DNA of 64,000 bases from Acutalibacteraceae bacterium (GTDB lineage: Bacteria; Bacillota; Clostridia; Oscillospirales; Acutalibacteraceae): contig JAZUOS010000054.1 in assembly GCA_045604765.1 (NCBI GenBank), positions 14,267 to 78,266 on the forward strand. Reading direction: 5' to 3'. The notes under the pieces were generated by a model that had not been told where the DNA came from, did no database searches, and worked only from the letters and a program-made list of their open reading frames with translations. Shown here piece by piece: positions 50,101 through 57,848 of this stretch. The number at the start of each line of letters is the position of its first letter. The stretch's first letter is position 1. The translations under genes and the position numbers were made by a program.

Positions 50101-50133
50101 TGTTTGCTTGAACAAAGTCTTCTTTTCGTCCAT
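47128..50133 (-). CDS. GH3 glycoside hydrolase with TM segments at both termini
   Basis: 1001 aa from the ATG at 50133. KHFALNDCEQER GH3 motif. Predicted TM helices at aa ~25-50 and ~955-980. Confidence 0.85.
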   Translation of the reverse strand: MDEKKTLFKQTKKAYKKAKRKALGLWKTLAIICLVLTIILVPANIALGIFDNTIVALAGGSFWELQNEDENAKYFESDFSSDEEMYKYGDQICYQVEAEGAALLLNKDGALPLSEGTKVSTLSSSSVNLVYGGTGSGNVDASKADDFKTALEKSGLKVNQTLWDFYKTGAGAAYDRSASAGESAVLAGQASIAEVPMDVYTDDVKKSIIEYGDAAIITFSRVGGEGYDLAFKEYNYLALDENEKALLKYASDLKKDGKIKKVIVLINSSNALQVDFLKDDTYAIDACLWIGGVGISGTNAVTDILAGKVNPSGSLVDTYCYDNYSSPAMQNFVPTTYEGFDGENIPKNASTYMIYQEGIYVGYKYYETHYEDFVMGTGNAGDYKYGDKVAFPFGYGLSFTQFDYSNMSVKYNAETDQFEVSVNVTNIGNMAGKETVQVYSQSPYTEYDKENKVEKASVALCGFGKTKVLEPGHSEIITIKVDKRDLASYDAYGAKTYILDAGDYYLTVATDAHAAVNNTLAAKGYTVANTEGKMDADGNAALAYKWTQDAFDAETYSKSLNGTEITNQLSDSDLNLYEGNEDKITYLSRSDWQATWPSKEIYKIALTKQMIAELQDVQYDAKNYDKVDMPTLGADNGLTLYDMIGKDYDDPNWDKLLDQLTFDEMVSLIGDSFHWRMPAESVNAPGARDENGPQGLTAAIFGAGLGDIEPTAFTSEDVMAATFNTELMYEVGKVIGNNCLAADVVALYGPGSNTHRTPYGGRNFEYYSEDGFLAGEIGGAEIQAIQDKGVDVVIKHFALNDCEQERLGQAAWIGEQAAREIYLKAFQKPLEECDANGVMTAYTRWGTRWSGSNKNLMTGIMRNEWGNRGMSITDNVLVNYCNGVDALMAGGVTTFDAMLPFIVNQLPNYENDPVIVTAMKEACHHNLYAMANSSGMNGVGKDTVVKAITPQILVILKIAAIVAGVLAVAFVVLWIFGSKKLQKTEEYAAFKQAKKDKKAKA

Positions 50134-50212
50134 AATAATTCCTCTTTCGACAATTTTTTGGAGAATTTTTCCAAAATGTACGAACAATAACACATATTTA
50201 TTATTCATATTG

Positions 50213-50241
50213 ATTATAACACAGTGAATTTTAATAGTCAA
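50213..50241 (-). promoter_or_regulatory. near-consensus sigma-A promoter of the GH3-GH2-GPH operon
   Basis: Minus strand reads TTGACT-17 nt-TATAAT, about 75 nt upstream of the GH3 start. Confidence 0.5.
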
Positions 50242-50298
50242 CAAAAAGCAAAAAAGAGAGCCTATCATTTTAGATAAGCCCTCTTTTAGTGAAAAATT

Positions 50299-51729
50299 TT
50301 ATTTCTCTTCTACAGTTACCTTTTCGGCTTCTACGGTTTCAATCGTTTCGTCCTCTTTGGTTTCGTTTTCTTCTATCTTTTTGCCAAGAAGTGACGGAAG
50401 CTCCATACCCGCCATTGCGAACACCTCGTCAAGAGGAGGCACCGATTTCATCATACCTGAAATAAAGTTTGCGGTAGAGGTTTTTCCGTCGCCGCCTTGA
50501 CCGCCGTCCCAAACAGTAACCTTGTCAATTTTAATATTCTTAATTGCATCAACCTGAACGCGCATAAGGTCTTCGAGCTTGTCGGCAATAAGTAGTTTAA
50601 GCGCGGCTTCGGCGTCGCCACCTGCAGATTTAACAATTTCCGCAAAACCTGCAGCCTGCTTTTTAAGTATTTCTTCAGCACCGAGCGCTTCTGCCTGCAT
50701 TTTAGCAAAGATAGCATCAGCCTCACCCTTTGCCTTGCGGCGAATTTGTTCAGCCTCAGCCTCGGCAGCAAGCTCAAGCTCTTTCTTTTTAGCCTCGGCA
50801 CGAACGATAACATCGGCTTCAAGTGTTGCCTGCTCTTTATCGCGTCTCGCTTTTTCAGCGGCCTGCTCTGCAGCATATGATTCTTCCAAAGCCTTTGCGG
50901 CTTGAGTTTTTTCAGCAGTTGTTGCAATTTTGAGCGCTTCGGCTTCTTTTTCTTTAAGAGCTGCCTCACTCATTGCAATCTTCATCTTGGCTTCATTTTC
51001 ACCCTCAATGGCCAAAGAATCCGCACGAGACACCTCAATACGTTGCTCCTTTTGGGCGTTTGCCTGACCGATAGAACCCTCGCGATCCTGCTCGGCAACA
51101 TTACGTTTTGCATCGTTGATAGCCTTTGCGGCTGCCTCTTTACCAAGAGCCTCTATGTAACCCGATTCATCACTGATGTCGGTTACGTTAACGTTGATTA
51201 GTCGAAGACCAATCTTTTTAAGCTCGCTTTCAACGTTTTCACTAACAGCTGCCAAGAATTTATCACGGTTGGTATTGATTTCTTCAATATCCATTGTAGC
51301 AATAATAAGACGCAACTGACCGAAAATAATATCCTTTGAAAGCTCTTGAATTTCGTTGCGCTGCAAGCCTAAAAGGCGTTCAGCCGCATTTTGCATAATA
51401 CCCGGCTCGGTAGAGATACCTACCGTAAAGCTTGAGGGAACATTGATACGGATATTTTGCCTTGACAATGCATTTTTTAAGTCAACCTGAATTGATATTG
51501 GTGTCAAATCAAGATATGCATAAGACTGGAACACGGGCACAACAAATTCAGCGCCACCGTGAATACACTTTGAACTACGGTTAGAGCCGTCGGTATTTTT
51601 GCCGATAGAACCGTAAACTACCATAATTTTGTCTGACGGACATTTTTTGTAGCGTGAGCATATCCAAATAAAAAAGGATATAAGAATAATTACTGCTACA
51701 CAAATTAAAAAGATGATTCCTGGTTGCAT
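50299..51729 (-). CDS. flotillin-like SPFH/Band-7 protein
   Basis: About 476 aa from the ATG at 51729, preceded by GGAGGAG. N-terminal TM helix, SPFH domain and a long Ala/Glu/Lys coiled coil. Confidence 0.85.
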   Translation of the reverse strand: MQPGIIFLICVAVIILISFFIWICSRYKKCPSDKIMVVYGSIGKNTDGSNRSSKCIHGGAEFVVPVFQSYAYLDLTPISIQVDLKNALSRQNIRINVPSSFTVGISTEPGIMQNAAERLLGLQRNEIQELSKDIIFGQLRLIIATMDIEEINTNRDKFLAAVSENVESELKKIGLRLINVNVTDISDESGYIEALGKEAAAKAINDAKRNVAEQDREGSIGQANAQKEQRIEVSRADSLAIEGENEAKMKIAMSEAALKEKEAEALKIATTAEKTQAAKALEESYAAEQAAEKARRDKEQATLEADVIVRAEAKKKELELAAEAEAEQIRRKAKGEADAIFAKMQAEALGAEEILKKQAAGFAEIVKSAGGDAEAALKLLIADKLEDLMRVQVDAIKNIKIDKVTVWDGGQGGDGKTSTANFISGMMKSVPPLDEVFAMAGMELPSLLGKKIEENETKEDETIETVEAEKVTVEEK

Positions 51730-51754
51730 AAAGTTCTCCTCCAAAATATAATTT

Positions 51755-52429
51755 TTATTTACGTTTAACGACAAGTGTTGTCTGTCCGCTTACACCAACA
51801 ACTATTATCTCGCTGCCGGTGGGAATAGCCTCACACTCGTCGGTAACGGCGTTTCGCTCTACATAAGAGCCCTGTAGCATAACATTTACCTTACCTTCAC
51901 CCTTACGGGAAGCAGGCACCGCAAGATATACCTTACCTGCGCAGCCTAATGCATTGCGATTATCGGCGGTGCCGCTGCTACGTAGCTTCATTATAGCCTT
52001 AAACAAATATGCCACAAGCACCATAATTGCAAAGCCGCAAGCAGTTGAGGTAAGCAAGGTTATAACCAAATTGATATTTGCCTCGGTCATTACAACGCCA
52101 ACCCAGCCAAACATAACCAAAAATGATATAATGCCGCGCACGGTAAATATGCGCAGGCTGTCAAAGCCCGCCGCGTCAGCCAATTCTGCCGCATCGGCAA
52201 TTTCGTCGCCATATATGCCGTCATATATATCCGCTTGAGCATCAGCTTCAAAATCGAGGTCGGTATCGGTATCAAAATCAGCATCAAGGTCGACATCGGC
52301 ATCTCCGTCATCAAAACCAAAAAACATAAGTACGGTTTGAATAACAAGCACCAGTGTTGCGGGAATTGCTATACAGTAAAAAATCTGAGCCGAAAGGCTT
52401 AATGCGTTCCACCATTCAATAAATGACAT
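51755..52429 (-). CDS. NfeD/YqiJ-like membrane protein with a poly-acidic loop
   Basis: 224 aa. TM helices, an Asp-rich stretch (DDGDADVDLDADFDTDTDLDFEAD) and a C-terminal OB-like soluble domain. Lies directly upstream of the flotillin gene. Confidence 0.65.
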   Translation of the reverse strand: MSFIEWWNALSLSAQIFYCIAIPATLVLVIQTVLMFFGFDDGDADVDLDADFDTDTDLDFEADAQADIYDGIYGDEIADAAELADAAGFDSLRIFTVRGIISFLVMFGWVGVVMTEANINLVITLLTSTACGFAIMVLVAYLFKAIMKLRSSGTADNRNALGCAGKVYLAVPASRKGEGKVNVMLQGSYVERNAVTDECEAIPTGSEIIVVGVSGQTTLVVKRK

Positions 52430-52445
52430 ATATTTTCCCCCTTAA

Positions 52446-52997
52446 TTAATCAAGTGCTGCCAATATTTCTTTTGCGTTATCGCGAAGCTTTGAGGCGGTA
52501 TGCGCATACAGCATAACCTGCAAAATATGTTCAAGACGCCTTTTGTCACCGGGTACTCTTGGCACAAAATCCTTTACAGCATCTTTTACAACGCTTTTAA
52601 CTGCATCACTTTTAGAAATATCTATGCTTTTACCAGCTATCATATCAACATATATGTGATACAACTCATCATCACCGATAAGATCGTCGGTAGTATCGTC
52701 GATTTCGCCTCCAATAATGTTTATAAGACCGCAAATAGCATCTATTTGCAATGTTTCACGCAGCATATTGATGATTACTATTCTTGCAAACTGTTGTTTT
52801 GAATACAGTTTTTTAACAGGAGAAGCCACAAATTTGCGTTTTACCCAGTTTTGCACAACATAAGGCTCGAGCCCTGTCATTGAACAAAGCTGCGATAAGG
52901 TTATTCCCCCTGCCGCAAAAATGCCGTCAAATAATACTTTCGAACTTCCTTTTTTTAATTCAAGCACCTCTATGGTGGTACCCGGATATGTAGCCAT
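52446..52997 (-). CDS. DUF1836-like protein
   Basis: 183 aa. Assigned from remembered family pattern (WVKRKFVASPVKKLYSKQQ). Confidence 0.55.
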   Translation of the reverse strand: MATYPGTTIEVLELKKGSSKVLFDGIFAAGGITLSQLCSMTGLEPYVVQNWVKRKFVASPVKKLYSKQQFARIVIINMLRETLQIDAICGLINIIGGEIDDTTDDLIGDDELYHIYVDMIAGKSIDISKSDAVKSVVKDAVKDFVPRVPGDKRRLEHILQVMLYAHTASKLRDNAKEILAALD

Positions 52998-53081
52998 ACG
53001 CTCACCCCTTTTGGTGTTTGCACCATTATAATATCATATGGTCAAGCGATTGTCAATAGCAATCACTTGATTTTTTAAAAT

Positions 53082-54356
53082 TTATTTTTCTTTAAGCATA
53101 AGTCGCACAATTTCTTTGTCGGTCTGCTTCATACCAACCTTGCCTATGTAGCCTACGCAACTGATGGTCTCACCCGCATCCTCTTTCAAAACACCGGTAA
53201 AGGCGTCATAGGTTTTATCGCGCATAGCAAGGGCGTGAGCCAGCATTGCCGCGTCAAGCGCCGAGGCGATTTTTGCCGCGCAAGAGGTCTTGGCACCGTC
53301 GCAAATAACGCCGGGTATATTTGCAAGTGTATTATCAATCGTGTTTTTTATTTGTGTAACGCTACCGCCCACGATGTATGTAATGGATGCGCCCGCCGCG
53401 CAGGAAGCCGAAATTGCACCGCAAAAGGCTGAAAGCTTGCCTATAAATTCTTTTTGATAAACCGTAAGCAGTCCGGAAAACACAAGCGCGCGGTAAAGCT
53501 TTTCTTGAGATATTGATTTTTCACGTGCATAAACAATAACAGGCACGCTTGACGCAATACCCTGATTTCCGCTACCCGAATTTATAATAACCGGCATATC
53601 ACAGCCGTCCATTCGAGCTTCGCTTGCCGCCGCCGCGTATGCACGCATACGGGTAACAACATCTTCAGGGTAGGCTTCGCGAATTACCCTGCCAATGCCA
53701 ACACCATAATCTCCTGCCATACCCTCATAAGCAATATCCATATTGCACTGTATAACACGGTCAAATATTGGTTTTATAAGCGAAACATCTACCGTATCGG
53801 CAAATTCCTTTATATTTTCAACACTGAGTTCCGATCGGTCAGCAACGGCAGGCTCGCCGTCTATAACATCGCTTTTAAATACATCTTCACCGTTTTTGGT
53901 AATGTGAACAATATTTATGTGGTCATATCGCACCTCAACCGTAACGGTGTTGCTACCCGACCTTGCTTCTATTATGAAATGCAGTGGTATTTCAGAGTCG
54001 AGATACTCAACACGGCATCTATTTTCTGCTAAAAACTCATTTGCGGCGGCACGGGTGTCGGGGGTTACCGATTCTAACACCTCCATAAGTCTGCGCGCAT
54101 CACCGCCAAAGGCACCTAAGGTGCAGGCAGGTTCAATGCCTGTAAGACCCTCCGAATTGGGTATTGCCACACATCGAACATTTTTAATAATATTGCCGCT
54201 GCAATAGGCAGTGATTTGTTCGGGCAACACACCCAGCACCTCGCGCGCACGCGACGAGGCAAATGCCAGTGCTATAGGCTCGGTACAGCCCATAGCGGGA
54301 ATTAACTCTTCTTTTAAAATAGACAAAAAATCGGTTTTTGTTTTTTCGCTCAACAT
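53082..54356 (-). CDS. UPF0597/YhaM-type (serine dehydratase alpha-like, cysteine desulfidase family) protein
   Basis: 424 aa with the MGCTEPIALA motif near the N-terminus. Confidence 0.75.
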   Translation of the reverse strand: MLSEKTKTDFLSILKEELIPAMGCTEPIALAFASSRAREVLGVLPEQITAYCSGNIIKNVRCVAIPNSEGLTGIEPACTLGAFGGDARRLMEVLESVTPDTRAAANEFLAENRCRVEYLDSEIPLHFIIEARSGSNTVTVEVRYDHINIVHITKNGEDVFKSDVIDGEPAVADRSELSVENIKEFADTVDVSLIKPIFDRVIQCNMDIAYEGMAGDYGVGIGRVIREAYPEDVVTRMRAYAAAASEARMDGCDMPVIINSGSGNQGIASSVPVIVYAREKSISQEKLYRALVFSGLLTVYQKEFIGKLSAFCGAISASCAAGASITYIVGGSVTQIKNTIDNTLANIPGVICDGAKTSCAAKIASALDAAMLAHALAMRDKTYDAFTGVLKEDAGETISCVGYIGKVGMKQTDKEIVRLMLKEK

Positions 54357-54488
54357 ATAAATTCCCCATAAAATTTTTATATGTTTATAATATCACATTT
54401 TTTTACTAAATTCAATAAATGCATTTATGTAAAAAACATTGACTTACTTTTTTGTTTTAGTTATACTGTTTTTAAAGGCGGTGTTTTT

Positions 54489-55598
54489 ATGAAAAAATAC
54501 GATATTGCCGCGTACATTTGGCCGGCATACACAGGTGACGAACCACGCACCAAGCTCTTTTGGCCCGAAAATATAGGCGAATGGCAAACGGTTTGCGATG
54601 CGTACGGTTATGTAAAAGATAACGGCTACGTGTGGAATCGCAAGCCGCTTTTGGGCTTTCAAAACGAGGCGGACCCCACGGTTATGGAGCAACAAATTAA
54701 ACTGGCTCTCGACCACGGTGTAAATGTATTTATATACGACTGGTATTGGTACGACGACCGTCCATTCCTTGAGCAGTGCCTAAACGACGGCTTTTTAAAG
54801 GCAAAAAACTGTAAGGATATGAAATTTTACATTATGTGGGCAAACCACGACGCAAACTACACTTGGGATCGCAGAAATGCAGGCAAGCTGTGGGATACCA
54901 TATGGCGCGGTGATGTAACTATTGACCAGTTTTATAAAATCGGTCGCCGCTGGATCGACCAATATTTTAAATGTGAAAACTATTATAAAATAGACAACAA
55001 ACCTGTTATTAGCATTTATGCTCTTAAAAACTTTGTAAAGGGCTTTGGTAGTCTTGAAAACACACGCAAGGCTATGCAGTGGCTTGATGACGAATGCAAA
55101 AAAGAGGGCTTTGGCGGCGTGCATTTTCAGTTTGTGCGTTGGAACGGCAAGAGCGAGAACATATCGGGTGTTGACGGCGGCACTATTGAAACCACCAACG
55201 AGCTTATCAGTGAGCTTGGATTTTCTTCACTCACACATTATCAGTTCGTTCACTTTACACCTATTGATCGCGACTATTTAGAGCTTTTACCTGATGTTAA
55301 AAAAGAATGGGAAACGGTTGCCGAAATATATGATGTTCCATATTTTCCTCACGTTTCAATCGGTTGGGACAATAACCCCCGTTTTAAAGATTTTAGCTGG
55401 GGTGTTTGTAAGAACAACACGCCCGAAAATTTTGAAAAGGCTCTACGCGAGGCAAAGGATTTTGCCGACAAAACAGGCGTTTCACTTATCACTATTAACA
55501 GCTGGAACGAATGGACCGAAAGCAGCTATCTGCTGCCCGATAATGTAAACGGTTACGGTTATTTAGAGGCGGTTAAAAAAGTGTTTAAAGAAAAGTAA
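54489..55598 (+). CDS. GH99-like / WbsX-family protein
   Basis: 369 aa from the ATG at 54489, preceded by AAAGGCGG. The YDWYWY motif is typical of WbsX-like proteins. Confidence 0.65.
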   Translation: MKKYDIAAYIWPAYTGDEPRTKLFWPENIGEWQTVCDAYGYVKDNGYVWNRKPLLGFQNEADPTVMEQQIKLALDHGVNVFIYDWYWYDDRPFLEQCLNDGFLKAKNCKDMKFYIMWANHDANYTWDRRNAGKLWDTIWRGDVTIDQFYKIGRRWIDQYFKCENYYKIDNKPVISIYALKNFVKGFGSLENTRKAMQWLDDECKKEGFGGVHFQFVRWNGKSENISGVDGGTIETTNELISELGFSSLTHYQFVHFTPIDRDYLELLPDVKKEWETVAEIYDVPYFPHVSIGWDNNPRFKDFSWGVCKNNTPENFEKALREAKDFADKTGVSLITINSWNEWTESSYLLPDNVNGYGYLEAVKKVFKEK

Positions 55599-55610
55599 TG
55601 CAGCCCCTTG

Positions 55611-55787
55611 CCTTCCTCTGATGAGGAAGGTGGATTTTGCGTAGCAAAAGACGGAAGGAGAGAAGAAAACAGACTCTCTCCCTCAGTCATTTTTACAAAA
55701 TGACAGCCACTGACTGTGGCGGTCTCCCTTTGTCACTTTGTGACATTTCCCTCACATTGTGAGGGAATCCTCCCTCGTCAGAGGGAG
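55611..55787. repeat. tract of seven consecutive short hairpins in a convergent intergenic region
   Basis: Hairpins at 55611-30, 55635-49, 55657-81, 55686-704, 55731-45, 55749-65 and 55770-87. The last is followed by T6 and acts as the terminator of the GH99-like gene. Confidence 0.6.
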
Positions 55788-55805
55788 CCTTTTTTATATG
55801 CAGTT

Positions 55806-56240
55806 TTACAAATACTCTTGCATTTGTTTACGTAATTTTTCTTCTAACTTTATAAGTCGCTTGCAAATATCTTTTGAAACCTCGTCCGCCGCCTTATATT
55901 GATTAAGATAGCGGTTGAGCGATTTAATACCCATATCGCAGCCATCGGTCATAAGGTCGGCTATAGTATTGTCGGAATCGTCCACACCCAGCTTCATTGT
56001 GGTTTTCATCCAAGACATACCCTTTGCCATTGGGTTTGGGTCCTTGCCCTCATCGTGATATTTGCCTAAAAGCTGTTGCAATTCCTTATCAAGCTTGTCG
56101 TGCTCGTCCTTGCAAGCGTTAAGGCACTCACGCATTTTGTCGGATTTCACGTGTTCATACACATCGTGAATGGATTTTACACCCATTTTTATGCCCGCAT
56201 CACACTCGCGAAGCAGCTTTATTGTATCTTGCTCTACCAT
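55806..56240 (-). CDS. hypothetical helical-bundle protein
   Basis: 144 aa from the ATG at 56240. The track's GTG start at 56249 lies inside a hairpin. Confidence 0.55.
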   Translation of the reverse strand: MVEQDTIKLLRECDAGIKMGVKSIHDVYEHVKSDKMRECLNACKDEHDKLDKELQQLLGKYHDEGKDPNPMAKGMSWMKTTMKLGVDDSDNTIADLMTDGCDMGIKSLNRYLNQYKAADEVSKDICKRLIKLEEKLRKQMQEYL

Positions 56241-56244
56241 AAAA

Positions 56245-56285
56245 AACACATCCTTTCGGTGTTAGTATTACCGAAAGGATGTGTT
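56245..56285 (-). promoter_or_regulatory. 15-bp perfect hairpin plus U-run that contains the RBS of the downstream gene
   Basis: aacacatcctttcgg / ccgaaaggatgtgtt with an 11-nt loop. The minus strand continues TTTTATG. Confidence 0.5.
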
Positions 56286-56563
56286 GTATTAATTTTCTTT
56301 TAAATCAAAAAGCTTTTTATTATATATCAAAAGCAATAAAACCGGTATAATATTGGTTTTATATATTTCTTTTATATCTTCTTTAATGTTTTCAACTGTC
56401 AGCGTTTCTTTGGGTGTTTAGTTTAAATAGTCATGCATAAATTCACCGCCTAAAATGTATTATAGTGTATTTTTCCACAAAATTCAATATTGTATGGCAA
56501 ATGCAAGCAAAGTTCACTTTAAAGCAACCACCGTTTCTTGTCAATCAACTCAACGACGTCGTA

Positions 56564-56592
56564 ACCGTGTTACATATTAAAGCATATTATAT
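56564..56592 (+). promoter_or_regulatory. possible sigma-K-type promoter of the collagen-like gene
   Basis: AC at 56564-65, 17-nt spacer, then CATAttaTA at 56583-91. Matches the remembered AC-N16/17-CATANNNTA consensus. Confidence 0.3.
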
Positions 56593-56619
56593 AATATAAA
56601 TTTTAAGGAAGTGGATTTA

Positions 56620-57435
56620 ATGAGCAAACGAAATTTTTATAACAACGATAACCGTTGTGACAATAACGGAAACAACCGCTTTAACGATTGCGACAACAAC
56701 CGCGCGTGCGACTGCGGTTGCGAAAAAAATTCTTGCCAAGATCAGTGCTCTTGCGACTGTGATTGCCCAATTTGCCCTCCGGGCCCTGTTGGTCCTCAAG
56801 GTCCAATGGGACCGCAGGGTCCAAGAGGTTTTACAGGTATTCCCGGTCCACGCGGCCCTCAGGGTGCCGTAGGCCCACAAGGAGCTCAAGGTCCAACGGG
56901 TGCTATCGGTCCTGTTGGTCCACAGGGTCCTATTGGCGAGACCGGTCCTATTGGTCCTCAAGGTCCAGTTGGTGAGACCGGTCCCGCAGGTCCGCAAGGT
57001 ATAGCTGGCGGTGTGCTGGGCTTTGCAGATTTTTATGCACTAATGCCACCCGACAACGCGGCAACAGTAGCCCCCGGAACAGACGTCAGTTTCCCTCAAA
57101 ACGGTCCAATCGGAAGCACCAACATTACAAGAACCGGCCCCGATTCGTTTAACCTGGCGGCAATCGGATCCTATCAGGTGTTGTTCGAAGTCAGCGTAGA
57201 TGAACCGGGTCAGTTAATCTTGACCTTAAACGGCGAGGATTTGGAATATACCGTAGTGGGCAGAGCCACAGGCGCTTCGCAAATTGTGGGTATGGCTATT
57301 GTAACAACTACCGTGACCGATTCTATCTTAACAGTTCGCAATCCGGCGGGCAACGCGGCCGCATTAACTATTACACCGCTCGCAGGCGGAACACGGCCTG
57401 TTTCTGCACATCTTGTCATTACGCAGATTGCTTAA
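56620..57435 (+). CDS. collagen-like (GXY) protein with BclA-type C-terminal domain and Cys-rich N-terminus
   Basis: 271 aa from the ATG at 56620, preceded by AAGGAAG. 25 uninterrupted GXY triplets. The C-terminal ~140 aa resemble the BclA C1q-like domain. Confidence 0.85.
   Translation: MSKRNFYNNDNRCDNNGNNRFNDCDNNRACDCGCEKNSCQDQCSCDCDCPICPPGPVGPQGPMGPQGPRGFTGIPGPRGPQGAVGPQGAQGPTGAIGPVGPQGPIGETGPIGPQGPVGETGPAGPQGIAGGVLGFADFYALMPPDNAATVAPGTDVSFPQNGPIGSTNITRTGPDSFNLAAIGSYQVLFEVSVDEPGQLILTLNGEDLEYTVVGRATGASQIVGMAIVTTTVTDSILTVRNPAGNAAALTITPLAGGTRPVSAHLVITQIA
56782..57006 (+). repeat. 25 x GXY collagen triplet repeat (coding)
   Basis: [21 protein letters not shown] ... GPA GPQ GIA. Confidence 0.95.
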
Positions 57436-57463
57436 AGCTATAAAAAAGAATAATAAGAAAAAC

Positions 57464-57493
57464 AAATCCGTCCTCAGCCGAGGGCGGATTTTT
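57464..57493 (+). terminator. terminator of the collagen-like gene
   Basis: 12-bp stem aaatccgtcctc / gagggcggattt (1 wobble) plus a T-run. Confidence 0.65.
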
Positions 57494-57520
57494 AAGTCTA
57501 TAAGACGAACAGCAAAACTT

Positions 57521-57742
57521 TTATTTTTTGTTTTTATACTTTTTAATTAGATACACAATACACCAAACAAACCAAAATGCAATGATGAATAAACTGGTAA
57601 AGCCAATGTCGTTTCTCAACCATTCGGGATATAAAGTTGGACGAATTTCCAGAATTTCGCCTTGCGAAGATTTTAGCTCCTTGCCAATGTCCTTGCAAGC
57701 AAACATTGCCTTCGTCGCAAATGCGAACTGGTGTCCGACCAT
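57521..57742 (-). CDS. small hypothetical membrane protein
   Basis: 73-aa ORF with a C-terminal TM helix and KKYKNKK tail. Weak support. Confidence 0.3.
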   Translation of the reverse strand: MVGHQFAFATKAMFACKDIGKELKSSQGEILEIRPTLYPEWLRNDIGFTSLFIIAFWFVWCIVYLIKKYKNKK

Positions 57743-57848
57743 ATTGTTACTACAAAACTTTAAAGTCTCATAGGTCGGACGCCGGTTCTTAATTCATAGA
57801 TGCTGTCACCAAAAAAGAACTGGTCGAAAAACCTAATTTTCTTTGAAA

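Noticed and set aside
55611-55630. CTGATGAG resembling the hammerhead ribozyme core
   Set aside because: The motif is simply the loop of a 6-bp hairpin (ccttcc/ggaagg). I could not build a three-way junction, a GAAA element or a cleavage-site context around it.
56420-56455. 16-nt identity (AATTCACCGCCTAAAA) with the dapF RBS region at 62168-62183, creating a mini-ORF MHDYLN on the minus strand
   Set aside because: A single 16-mer coincidence is about what chance predicts for all pairwise comparisons in 64 kb of AT-biased sequence. Nothing else supports a leader peptide.
56617-56997. ORFs antisense or out of frame to the collagen-like gene (126, 71 and 70 aa)
   Set aside because: They are artefacts of the GC-rich GXY triplet periodicity, which keeps other frames open. 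They have no RBS and low-complexity products.
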